Shown piece after piece: positions 19,808 to 27,373 of a stretch of 49,219 nt of DNA. Source of the DNA: a virus (taxonomy: Duplodnaviria; Caudoviricetes); the IMG/VR virus record IMGVR_UViG_3300036805_000110, positions 1-49,219 of that record, one strand, 5' to 3'. The notes under the pieces are model-generated. The model did not search any database, had not been told where the DNA came from, and saw only the letters and a list, made by a program, of their open reading frames with translations. The stretch's first letter is position 1, and the number at the start of each line of letters is the position of its first letter. A program made the translations under genes and the position numbers.

Positions 19808-20610
19808 GCGTCGGCCTGCTGGGGGGTTTGCTGCTGGCAGTGTCACTGGTCAGTGTTTTGACGTACATGGTGGCGCTCGGTCAGCTCCTCAGCGGGCCCC
19901 GGCGTCCGGGGTTGGTTCGTACCGGGTTCTGCCGGTTGGCCGCTGCCCTGCTGTACGTCGGGGTGGGATTGCTGACGTTGCACACCCACACCCAGGGCCC
20001 CCTGGTCGGTTTAGGTGTCTTCACCATTGTCCAAATCATGTGGCAAGCCAACTCGGTCGCTGATGTGCGGTTAGCGCGACGATCCAGGAGAGAAGCGATG
20101 AGCGATCCATTCGAGGGTTTGGGTGTCACCGAGCCGGTGCCTAACTACGCGACCCCGTTGCCGGCGGAAGTCGTGTCCGCTGAGATCGATCGGCTTTCCA
20201 CCGAGCTGGGCAAAGTGAAACGAAAGGTGACGACGCTCCAGGAAGGGTCGACGGCGTCAACGAATGCTCAGCGGTACGCGATCGGGGCTGTTGCTCTCGC
20301 TCTGGTGTTGGGCCTGACCGGTGTGATTTTCGGTCTGGTGGTGTTCAACCGCGCGGACTCCGCTGTTGCCCTGTCCCAACAGAACGCGACCATCATTCAG
20401 CAGCTCAAGGACACACAGACCCAACTGGCCAAATCTGTCCATGGGCAGTGCAGCTTCTACGGGTTGCTGATCGGCACGTACAACGCGCGGTCCCGTGATT
20501 CCTACGCCCAGGGCGGTCCGACCGTTTATGACGACACTTTCCGTCAAATGCTGACCCAGTCCAACGGCATCAACTGCGGTATTCCCGCGCCGAAGGACCT
20601 GCCGAAGTGA
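19804..20610 (+). CDS. Membrane protein (3 TM, coiled coil, TM)
   Basis: Hydrophobic segments. Possible internal start at ATG 20098 after AGGAGAG. Confidence 0.65.
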   Translation: MSVGLLGGLLLAVSLVSVLTYMVALGQLLSGPRRPGLVRTGFCRLAAALLYVGVGLLTLHTHTQGPLVGLGVFTIVQIMWQANSVADVRLARRSRREAMSDPFEGLGVTEPVPNYATPLPAEVVSAEIDRLSTELGKVKRKVTTLQEGSTASTNAQRYAIGAVALALVLGLTGVIFGLVVFNRADSAVALSQQNATIIQQLKDTQTQLAKSVHGQCSFYGLLIGTYNARSRDSYAQGGPTVYDDTFRQMLTQSNGINCGIPAPKDLPK

Positions 20611-20622
20611 CCGCACCTGGAG

Positions 20623-21627
20623 GTGGTTGTCGTGGCTCAGATGGGAGTTGATTACGCCGGAGGCCGACCGAGCCCGGCCGCGTTGGTGGCGCACGGGTAC
20701 TCGTTCGCTTGCCGGTACCTGTCGCCTGGTGGCCCGGCGCTGCCGGGGAAGCTGCTGACGTCGGAGGAGTACATCGCGTTGACCGGCGCTGGTGTCGCTG
20801 TGGTCGCGAACTGGGAGACCGTCAGCGACCGGATGCGAGGGGGTCGGGACGCTGGTGTGTCTGACGCGGTCAACGCCACAGCGGCACTGATCAAGGTGGG
20901 GCACCCGTTGGACCGGCCGGTGTACTTCTCCGCTGACTTCGATGCCACACCAGGTGATCAGGTCGCGATTGACGCCTACCTCGGTGGTGTCGCGTCGGTG
21001 ATCGGCCTAGAGCGCACCGGGGTGTACGGGGGGTACTGGGTGGTGAAGCGGTGCCTCGATAACGGCACCGCGCGCTGGGCGTGGCAGGCGACCGCGTGGT
21101 CCGGGGGGCAGGTCGACCCGCGCGCTCACATGCTCCAGCACGTCGCTGCTGTCGTGGTCGACGGCGTGGAATGCGACGTCAATGAGGCACTTCAACCTGA
21201 CTACGGTCAGCACCCCACTGCGACTCCCCGTGCCCACTGGAAGGAACACCAGGTTATGGACCAGTTGCCTGCCACACCCACACCGGCTGACCCCAAGAGC
21301 GACCCCAAGACGTGGCCGCAACGTAACTATGACGTCGGTTTCGACGTGGCCGGTGGCTGGGAGGGTGACTTCGCGTTCGAGTTCGGTGTCCAGGACTTCG
21401 GTGGCCGCGCATCAGATGATGTACGCGGATTCCTGTACCTGGCGTCCTGGCATACACCTTCTGGGTTGGTGCCGGCCGACCCGGTGTTCACCGTCGCTGG
21501 TGGTGGCCGGGCGATCCACAACCACGCCCCCACGGTGTCGCTGGTGGCCCCGAAGGGTGCGACGGCGTTGACGCTGAACTACGCCGCACCGGGTGGCGCC
21601 TATGTCACCGAGGGCCGCTCCGCGTGA
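20623..21627 (+). CDS. Endolysin, DUF1906/Rv2525c-like (GH25-related) glycoside hydrolase
   Basis: GVDY...FACRYLS...VANWE...PVYFSADFD...GVYGG...WAWQATAWSGG...CDVN motifs. Confidence 0.85.
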   Translation: MVVVAQMGVDYAGGRPSPAALVAHGYSFACRYLSPGGPALPGKLLTSEEYIALTGAGVAVVANWETVSDRMRGGRDAGVSDAVNATAALIKVGHPLDRPVYFSADFDATPGDQVAIDAYLGGVASVIGLERTGVYGGYWVVKRCLDNGTARWAWQATAWSGGQVDPRAHMLQHVAAVVVDGVECDVNEALQPDYGQHPTATPRAHWKEHQVMDQLPATPTPADPKSDPKTWPQRNYDVGFDVAGGWEGDFAFEFGVQDFGGRASDDVRGFLYLASWHTPSGLVPADPVFTVAGGGRAIHNHAPTVSLVAPKGATALTLNYAAPGGAYVTEGRSA

Positions 21628-21722
21628 CCCGGCCCTCCTATCGTTCTGTGACGCGCGCGTTGAAGTGGGCGCTGTGGGCGCTGGTGGCCGTCGTAATGAT
21701 CAACCTCGTGTTCGTCCTCTGA
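21624..21722 (+). CDS. 32-aa single-TM peptide
   Basis: Manual translation MTRPSYRSVTRALKWALWALVAVVMINLVFVL. GTGA overlap with the endolysin stop. Confidence 0.5.
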   Translation: MTRPSYRSVTRALKWALWALVAVVMINLVFVL

Positions 21723-21731
21723 GGAGACCCC

Positions 21732-22724
21732 ATGCCTGAATTGATCACCAACAGCTTGCCGATGGGGCGGTTGGCGCCGTACCCCGAGGAGACCCACGCT
21801 CGACTGCACTTCGGGGAGTTCCTGACTGCGACGGCCACGGTCACCGTGCCACCGGTGGTCGACTTCCTGTTCTCGGTGCCGTCGTTCCCGATGTTCGGCA
21901 ATGACGAACTGTCTGACTGCACCGCTGCCGCTGCTGCGCACCTGCGGGAGGTGTGGACCGCCTACGGCCAGGGCGCCGCGTCGGTCACCAGCGAAGCCGA
22001 CGTGCTCAAGTTCTATGAGGTGTGTTCGGGGTACAACCCCGCCAACCCCGCCACCGACCGTGGTGCCGTCATGCAGGACTGCCTCGACGTGTGGCGCAAG
22101 ACCGGGCTGGCCGGTGACAAGATCCTGGCGTTCTTCCAGATCGACCCCACCGACCTGGCAGAGGTCAAGGCCGCGCTGTACATGCTCGGCGGTAACTACG
22201 TCGGCGTGAACTTCCCCCGGTCAGCGATGGCCCAGTTCAACGCCGGGCAGCCGTGGACCTACGACCCGCGCGCGGACAACACCATCATCGGTGGGCACTG
22301 CGTGCACCTCGGTGCCATCGACGCCAACGGGCTGATGAAGGTGACCACGTGGGGCCGGACCCAGGTCGTGACCGCTGACTGGTGGAACCGGTTCGTGGAG
22401 GAGTGCTGGGGGGTGGCATCCCAGGATTGGATCAAGAACTACAAAGCACCCAACGGTCTGGACACCACCAAACTCAACGCCGCGTTCTTCCAGATCACCA
22501 ACGGCCAGCCCGGACCGTTCCAGGAGACACCGGCCCCGACTCCCATCCCGGCGCCACCGGTTCCGGTGGACCACAACCGGGAGCTGTGGACGGTCGCCCA
22601 GCCGTGGACCCAGCGGTGGCACGTTCCCGGCTCCGACACCGACCGTGTCTCCAAGGCCCTCGCGGCGTGGGGGACCGAGACGTTCCCGAAAGGTATTGAC
22701 ACCAACCAGGAGGAAGCACGATGA
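21732..22724 (+). CDS. Papain-like cysteine peptidase (possible second lysin)
   Basis: GNDELSDCTAAA (Cys), GGHCV (His) and TTWG motifs, with a Pro-rich linker and small C-terminal domain. Confidence 0.7.
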   Translation: MPELITNSLPMGRLAPYPEETHARLHFGEFLTATATVTVPPVVDFLFSVPSFPMFGNDELSDCTAAAAAHLREVWTAYGQGAASVTSEADVLKFYEVCSGYNPANPATDRGAVMQDCLDVWRKTGLAGDKILAFFQIDPTDLAEVKAALYMLGGNYVGVNFPRSAMAQFNAGQPWTYDPRADNTIIGGHCVHLGAIDANGLMKVTTWGRTQVVTADWWNRFVEECWGVASQDWIKNYKAPNGLDTTKLNAAFFQITNGQPGPFQETPAPTPIPAPPVPVDHNRELWTVAQPWTQRWHVPGSDTDRVSKALAAWGTETFPKGIDTNQEEAR

Positions 22725-23143
22725 GCACCGCTACAGCGGAAGCACCCCGCGACAAGGCCACCAGCGATGAGGCGAGCCGCACCGGTGACCGCGCTGGCCG
22801 CCATGAGGGCCTGGACCCCGAGTGTGACACCGAGGGTGACACCACCGAGGAGACCGTGGAGCAGGAGGACCGTGACGCGAAGCGCCTCCGGCTGTCCAAC
22901 GTCCACCACGGTCACGTCCTGACCCACCTGCGCCTGCTGTACAAGAACACCGGCGAGGACGGCACCGTGTCCCGTGGTGAGCTCGGCGAGCTGCTGGAGC
23001 TGATGGAAGCAGCGCACTCCAACCCCACCCCGCAGCCGGAGTCCGGTTCCGTTGTCCACGGCACCGCCGGTCCGGGTGCGCCACCGGACATCCACCACAC
23101 CCCGTTCTCCCACACTGAGCGCAAGCGCCTGCCGGGCCAGTAG
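22721..23143 (+). CDS. Acidic hypothetical protein
   Basis: AGGAGG RBS and ATGA overlap. Confidence 0.6.
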   Translation: MSTATAEAPRDKATSDEASRTGDRAGRHEGLDPECDTEGDTTEETVEQEDRDAKRLRLSNVHHGHVLTHLRLLYKNTGEDGTVSRGELGELLELMEAAHSNPTPQPESGSVVHGTAGPGAPPDIHHTPFSHTERKRLPGQ

Positions 23144-23661
23144 TGGACGACGACATGCGGCCGGTCGACGGCCTGACCCCACCACGTCCTGACCCCAAGC
23201 ATGTCGCGTTGGGGTTCGCGTTGGAGATCCACCGGCCGGAAGGTCATGGGTACACCGACACGGACACAGTCTTGGCGACCGCTGACAAAATCACTGAGTG
23301 GTTCGCCAAACCGGAGCAAGGCACCTCATACGGGTCGACCCCGCTGTGGGCGCTGCATCTCCAAAGAATGGTCCAGCAGGTACTCAACAAACTGGGAGTA
23401 GAGATGGCAACGCTTGCCGATATTCAGAACACTGTGCAGGAGCTGGCCGCCACTGACGGCACGATCATCACCGCTCTGGATGACCTCAAGGCGAAGGTCG
23501 ACGCTGGCGGCACCGTGACCGCCACTGACCTTGACGGTGTCAACGACACGATCAAGGCTGAGCTGGCCAAGCTCCAGGACGCCGTTAACCGTGACGACCC
23601 GGCGCCCGTACCGGCCCCGGAGCCTGGCCCCGTGCCGGCGCCGGACCCAAACCAGCCGTAG
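23143..23661 (+). CDS. Hypothetical coiled-coil protein with Pro-rich tail
   Basis: Operon continuity. Possible internal start at ATG 23404. Confidence 0.6.
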   Translation: MDDDMRPVDGLTPPRPDPKHVALGFALEIHRPEGHGYTDTDTVLATADKITEWFAKPEQGTSYGSTPLWALHLQRMVQQVLNKLGVEMATLADIQNTVQELAATDGTIITALDDLKAKVDAGGTVTATDLDGVNDTIKAELAKLQDAVNRDDPAPVPAPEPGPVPAPDPNQP

Positions 23662-23669
23662 TCGACCCG

Positions 23670-23900
23670 GTGTTCACCACCGCGTTCTGGCTCGGTGCGT
23701 TGGACAGGGCCATCAAGTCAGCGGCCACCATGGCGCTGATGCTGCTGCTGGGCAACGGCCCGTTCAACGTGCTGCACACGGACTGGCAGTCGATCCTGGG
23801 CTTGACCGGTGGTGCCGTGCTGACGTCGCTGTTGACGTCGCTGGCCAGCACACCGTTCGGTGACAAGGGGACCACCAGCATGATCCCCGGCGCCCGGTAA
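23670..23900 (+). CDS. Holin (r1t-like actinophage family)
   Basis: MFTTAFWLGALDRAIKSAA...DWQSILG...SLLTSLAS signature. Confidence 0.85.
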   Translation: MFTTAFWLGALDRAIKSAATMALMLLLGNGPFNVLHTDWQSILGLTGGAVLTSLLTSLASTPFGDKGTTSMIPGAR

Positions 23901-23930
23901 CCTCCTCGGCGTCTGTCGAAAGGACACAGC

Positions 23931-23979
23931 AAAGAACCGGCTCGCCTTCCCTTCGGGGTTGGTGGGCCGGTTCTTTTTT
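23931..23979 (+). terminator. Rho-independent terminator ending the tail/lysis operon
   Basis: AAAGAACCGGCTCGCC...GGTGGGCCGGTTCTTTTTT. Confidence 0.85.
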
Positions 23980-23990
23980 GCGTTCCGGGT

Positions 23991-24017
23991 GTAACACCAG
24001 CCCGGTGACTGGCGATA
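23991..24017 (+). promoter_or_regulatory. ECF-type promoter motif GTAAC-N17-CGATA, copy 1
   Basis: GTAAC 23991-23995 and CGAT 24013-24016, upstream of 24103. Confidence 0.7.
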
Positions 24018-24102
24018 CACCGAACGTAAGCGGCCCCGGCCAGTGAGAGAGCACCGGACCGGGACCTTGACCGACACACCTGAGCAACCAGGAGCACCCG
24101 CC

Positions 24103-24573
24103 ATGTCAGATCCAATCAGCACCCCGACCAGCACCCCAGTATCGGCACCGCGCCGGCACCGCCGGTGGCCGTGGATTGTGGGTGGAACCGCAGCAGTACT
24201 GATCATCATTGGGATCGCTACCGCACCAGGCGCACCCACCACCACCGCGACCCCCGGTTCGGTTATCGCCACCGTCAGCGGCAACGCCATGGACGACGTC
24301 AAGCTGACCAACTGCGCCAGTGGCCCCGCTGCCAGCGACGGCTTGACCCAGGTCGCCGCTGAGATCACCAACCACACCGGTCAGGTCCAGTCGTACTTGG
24401 TCACCGGCAGCGTCAACGACCCCGCAGGTAACCGCCTCACCGAGGTCAACGGGGCCAGCAACTCCGTGGCACCCGGCCAGTCAGCGACCGTGGACCTCAT
24501 CGGTGGCACCACCACCGGGACGGGCACCGCCGCGTACTGCACCATCGCCAACGTGACCCGTATCCCCAGCTAA
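24103..24573 (+). CDS. Membrane-anchored exported protein with FxLYD-like Ig-fold domain
   Basis: RRHRRWPW plus TM, then EITNHTG...NDPAGNRL...VAPGQSAT. AGGAG RBS. Confidence 0.7.
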   Translation: MSDPISTPTSTPVSAPRRHRRWPWIVGGTAAVLIIIGIATAPGAPTTTATPGSVIATVSGNAMDDVKLTNCASGPAASDGLTQVAAEITNHTGQVQSYLVTGSVNDPAGNRLTEVNGASNSVAPGQSATVDLIGGTTTGTGTAAYCTIANVTRIPS

Positions 24574-24576
24574 GCC

Positions 24577-24623
24577 AAGCGGCCCACCACTCCCCGCCAC
24601 AAGGGGATGGTGGGCCGCTTTTT
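24577..24623. terminator. Terminator between convergent genes
   Basis: AAGCGGCCCACCA...TGGTGGGCCGCTTTTT. Confidence 0.8.
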
Positions 24624-24639
24624 GTGCGTCCGAAGGGGT

Positions 24640-26310
24640 CTACCCGACTGCCACCGGGTCGCGGCGACGGGTGAACACCGCGTGCCAGTCCGAACGCTGC
24701 CCGGCCTCGATCAACCGGATCACGTCGAACATCGAATCGGTCAGGCCACCGAAGCAGTACCGGTTCGGGCCGGTCGGTGCGTGACCGTGCTCGTACCCGG
24801 CGAGGTTCAGGGTGTACATCGGCACCTGCGCTGGGACAGACCGGTTGACCTCGATCGGGTCCTGCCCGGCCTGCTCATCGGTGATCAGCACAACCCGGTC
24901 GTGGGTGGTGTACCGGGCCCGCAGTGACCGCGCCGTCTCCGTGCCGCCTTCCAGGAAGTACCCACCATCACGCCACCGGGTCAACGCCGTCAGCAACGAC
25001 TCACCGGCGCGCGGCAGGAACTCCTGGCTGCGTTCCCCCGGCTGCTGGTTGTAGTACTTCTGGGCGCTGGAGTACGACACCAGATCCACCCGCGCGCACC
25101 GCCGCGCCAACGCGATCCCAAACAATGCGGCCGCATCCCACCGGCGCATCGTGCCGTCCTTGGAGAACGCATCGTTCATCGAGCTGGACGTATCGACCAT
25201 GACCAGGGTGTGGCCGTCCAACTCCGGGACGTTGTCCAGGGAGTAACCCAGGGCCTGCTCCAGCGGCCACGACCACCGCAGTGATGGTGCCGCCCGGTAC
25301 GCGGCGAGGAACTGCAACGGCCGGACACGCGACTTCCGCACGTTGTCAGCGGTGGCCAGCACCTCCCCTACCTGGCGGGCCACCACATCGGAGACCCCGG
25401 CCTGGTCGAAGTTCCGCAGGTTCATCAACAGCGCCATGTACCCCATGTTCGGGATGCACGCAGACCACACCGCCGAGTCCATCGGGCCTTCCAGCCACCC
25501 ACCGACAGCCTGGTGCGTCATCCCCGCAGCCTTGAGGACGTCCGGGCGCAGCCACTCCCGACGCAAATCAGCCGGTGTTGCCATCAACGCGACCCTAGCG
25601 GTGAGCATGCGCAGCTCCGGGGAGAGCATCACCGCCCCTGTCGCGACTTCCCGCTGTCGACGGAGGTAGTCGTACAGCACCCCACGCCACGTTCCCTTGA
25701 TCGGTTTGGTGCCTTCGGTGTCGTGCAGGGAACCAGTCGGCCGGACCAAACCGATGACGTCAGCGAACCGGATCGGCTTATTCGGGGAGTCGTACTTGAG
25801 CACGCTCCACTCCGAGTACAGGCGCCACACCGCGTCAGCCAACCCACGCTTAACCGGCTTAGGCAGCGTCCCGCGCCCGAACGTGGCCCACCAGTACGCC
25901 AGGAACTCCCCCGGCTCATCGGCGCGCTGCAACACCGCATCCACCATCTGGCGTGTGGCGCCATGCTCACCGGCCTCCAGGCGTGCGTGCGCGGCCTCAG
26001 CGGCAGCAACGATCGCCCCAGAGCGCATCCCGGTGTCGAGGCGTAGGTAGGTCAGGAAGTCGACCATCCACTCCGGGTGGGTGACCGCGACGTCCTTGAC
26101 TAGCTCAATGAACCGCTGGTCTCGTGCCACACCCATCTCGTGGTGGGTGTTCTCCTCCGGGGTGTACGTGACGGCCAGTAGGAACAACTCTGACGGCTTG
26201 TCACGGGCATATCCGGGGTGACCGAGCGCGGTCCGGCCGGTCGGGAATCGTTCGGTGGTGACCGGGCCGCGCGGTGCGCCGGCAACAGTCCCACGGTTGT
26301 ACTTGGTCAT
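24640..26310 (-). CDS. rsr: Ro60/Rsr ortholog (TROVE domain plus vWA domain), Y-RNA-binding protein
   Basis: ELFLLAV, LQRADEPGEFLAYW, PKPVKRGLADA, MALLMNLRNF motifs. vWA MIDAS DTSSSM...GGT...ITDEQ. Confidence 0.93.
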   Translation of the reverse strand: MTKYNRGTVAGAPRGPVTTERFPTGRTALGHPGYARDKPSELFLLAVTYTPEENTHHEMGVARDQRFIELVKDVAVTHPEWMVDFLTYLRLDTGMRSGAIVAAAEAAHARLEAGEHGATRQMVDAVLQRADEPGEFLAYWWATFGRGTLPKPVKRGLADAVWRLYSEWSVLKYDSPNKPIRFADVIGLVRPTGSLHDTEGTKPIKGTWRGVLYDYLRRQREVATGAVMLSPELRMLTARVALMATPADLRREWLRPDVLKAAGMTHQAVGGWLEGPMDSAVWSACIPNMGYMALLMNLRNFDQAGVSDVVARQVGEVLATADNVRKSRVRPLQFLAAYRAAPSLRWSWPLEQALGYSLDNVPELDGHTLVMVDTSSSMNDAFSKDGTMRRWDAAALFGIALARRCARVDLVSYSSAQKYYNQQPGERSQEFLPRAGESLLTALTRWRDGGYFLEGGTETARSLRARYTTHDRVVLITDEQAGQDPIEVNRSVPAQVPMYTLNLAGYEHGHAPTGPNRYCFGGLTDSMFDVIRLIEAGQRSDWHAVFTRRRDPVAVG

Positions 26311-26353
26311 CGTGTCGTCCCTCTCGTCAGAGGGGAGCTGCGCTGCACGTGTA

Positions 26354-26493
26354 GCGACCCGAGGTCAAACGGTGGGTGGCGGGGGTAGATCTACTGCACC
26401 AAGCCGGTGGTGCATACCTAACCCCGAGGGGTTGGCCGGAGTCGAACCGGATTCGTGTTAGCGAAGTAACCGTCGCCCGGCACACCGGGTCGC
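26354..26493 (-). ncRNA. Y RNA copy 1 (YrlA-like, divergent tRNA-like domain)
   Basis: Termini pair (GCGACCCG/CGGGTCGC). 5' block CCCGGTGTGC...GACGGTTACTTC, T-arm CCGG-TTCGACT-CCGG, closed acceptor-like hairpin, 7-bp TGCACCA/TGGTGCA arm, 3' block CCGTTTGACCTCGGG. Confidence 0.8.
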
Positions 26494-26508
26494 CCTGTGA
26501 AGTTGTCC

Positions 26509-26650
26509 AGCTCCCGAGATCAAACAGTTGATGGCGGACTTGCTGATCATTGCTCTGCCACTGAGCTACCCCGGACCGTTCCGGGGGCAGGAGTCGAACC
26601 TGCGCCACATGATTCCGAGTGAAGTAACCGTCACCTGCACACCGGGTGCT
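26509..26650 (-). ncRNA. yrlA: Y RNA copy 2 (YrlA-type circularly permuted tRNA mimic)
   Basis: ATCAT-GTGGC-GCAGG TTCGACT CCTGC-CCCCGGA ACGG TCCGGGG-TA-GCTC AGTGGCA GAGC-A-ATGAT inside the shared terminal stem, next to rsr. Confidence 0.9.
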
Positions 26651-26663
26651 ATGAAGTTTTTCG

Positions 26664-26739
26664 GCCCCCGAGATCAAACGGTGCCTGGCTGGGTTGTCCT
26701 TGCGAAAGAGAAGTACCAGTCGGGCGGCACACCGGGTGC
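26664..26739 (-). ncRNA. Y RNA copy 3 (minimal, terminal stem only, no tRNA-like domain)
   Basis: Same 5' block (CCCGGTGTGC...GACTGGTACTTC) and 3' block (CCGTTTGATCTCGGG) with only a short apical insert. Confidence 0.72.
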
Positions 26740-26747
26740 GCCGCGCC

Positions 26748-26756
26748 AACGTAGCA
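26748..26756 (-). promoter_or_regulatory. Candidate extended -10 promoter (TGcTACGTT) for the Y RNA-rsr unit
   Basis: TGn-TANNNT about 8 nt upstream of the 5' end of Y RNA copy 3. No clear -35. Confidence 0.5.
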
Positions 26757-26786
26757 CCGGCGCCCACCGTCGCGCACCTGGGTTGT

Positions 26787-26813
26787 GTAACACGGCGCAC
26801 CGTTGGGCCGATA
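26787..26813 (+). promoter_or_regulatory. GTAAC-N17-CGATA motif, copy 2
   Basis: GTAAC 26787-26791 and CGAT 26809-26812, upstream of 26851 and divergent from the Y RNAs. Confidence 0.7.
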
Positions 26814-26850
26814 CGCCAGTTAATAGGCCAAACGACGGAAGCTGGCAGTC

Positions 26851-27060
26851 ATGAGCATGATCACGGAGCAGGTCATAGAACGGGTCATCGGTGGGGTGCT
26901 GGCCCCGATCATCATCTTGCTGGTGTCCATCGAGTTGGCGGTCCACTCCCACGGGTACCTGCCGGTGTGGGTGACGCCGATCGTCCTGGTGATCGCGCTG
27001 GCTGGCACCGACCAGTACCGGCGCCCCATCACCGTCCAGCACGGTCAACACGCTCGGTAA
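26851..27060 (+). CDS. Small 2-TM membrane protein
   Basis: Two hydrophobic segments, preceded by the promoter motif. Confidence 0.6.
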   Translation: MSMITEQVIERVIGGVLAPIIILLVSIELAVHSHGYLPVWVTPIVLVIALAGTDQYRRPITVQHGQHAR

Positions 27061-27119
27061 CCTGACTGTCGCCCACCGTGGGCACTGTCTGGTCAGTGAT
27101 GCGCCCCAGACACACGACC

Positions 27120-27160
27120 GGCCAGCCACCCGCCCCCAATTTCGGGTTTGGTGGCTGGCC
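27120..27160. terminator. Hairpin between convergent units
   Basis: GGCCAGCCACC...GGTGGCTGGCC inverted repeat. Confidence 0.5.
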
Positions 27161-27373
27161 GATCATGCGGTGGGGTCCGGGGCGATCCCTGGGAGGTACG
27201 CAGCCGGTCAGCCCGCTGCGATCACCCCGGCCCTTAGAGGGGCTTCCCCACCCCCGTATCCCGGCTGCCGGGCCCACCCCTCGCCTACGAACCGACCCCA
27301 GTGGGATCAGGCGAGTCGCCATAGATGTCGCTGTAGTCGGTGCCTTCCACGTAGTCACATTCCTCGTCGGGGT

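Noticed and set aside
26354-26650. Canonical tRNA genes (GGTTCGACTCC T-loops, TAGCTCAGTGGCAGAGC D-arm)
   Set aside because: The T-arm precedes the D-arm, the acceptor stem is closed by a loop, and there is no anticodon loop or CCA. This fits permuted Y RNA, not tRNA.
26354-26739. CRISPR array
   Set aside because: The repeats are paired 5'/3' blocks of structured units with unequal interiors, not identical direct repeats with uniform spacers. No cas genes are present.
26327-26800. 157-aa minus-strand ORF upstream of rsr
   Set aside because: It overlays the ncRNA array, has no RBS and no recognisable protein features.
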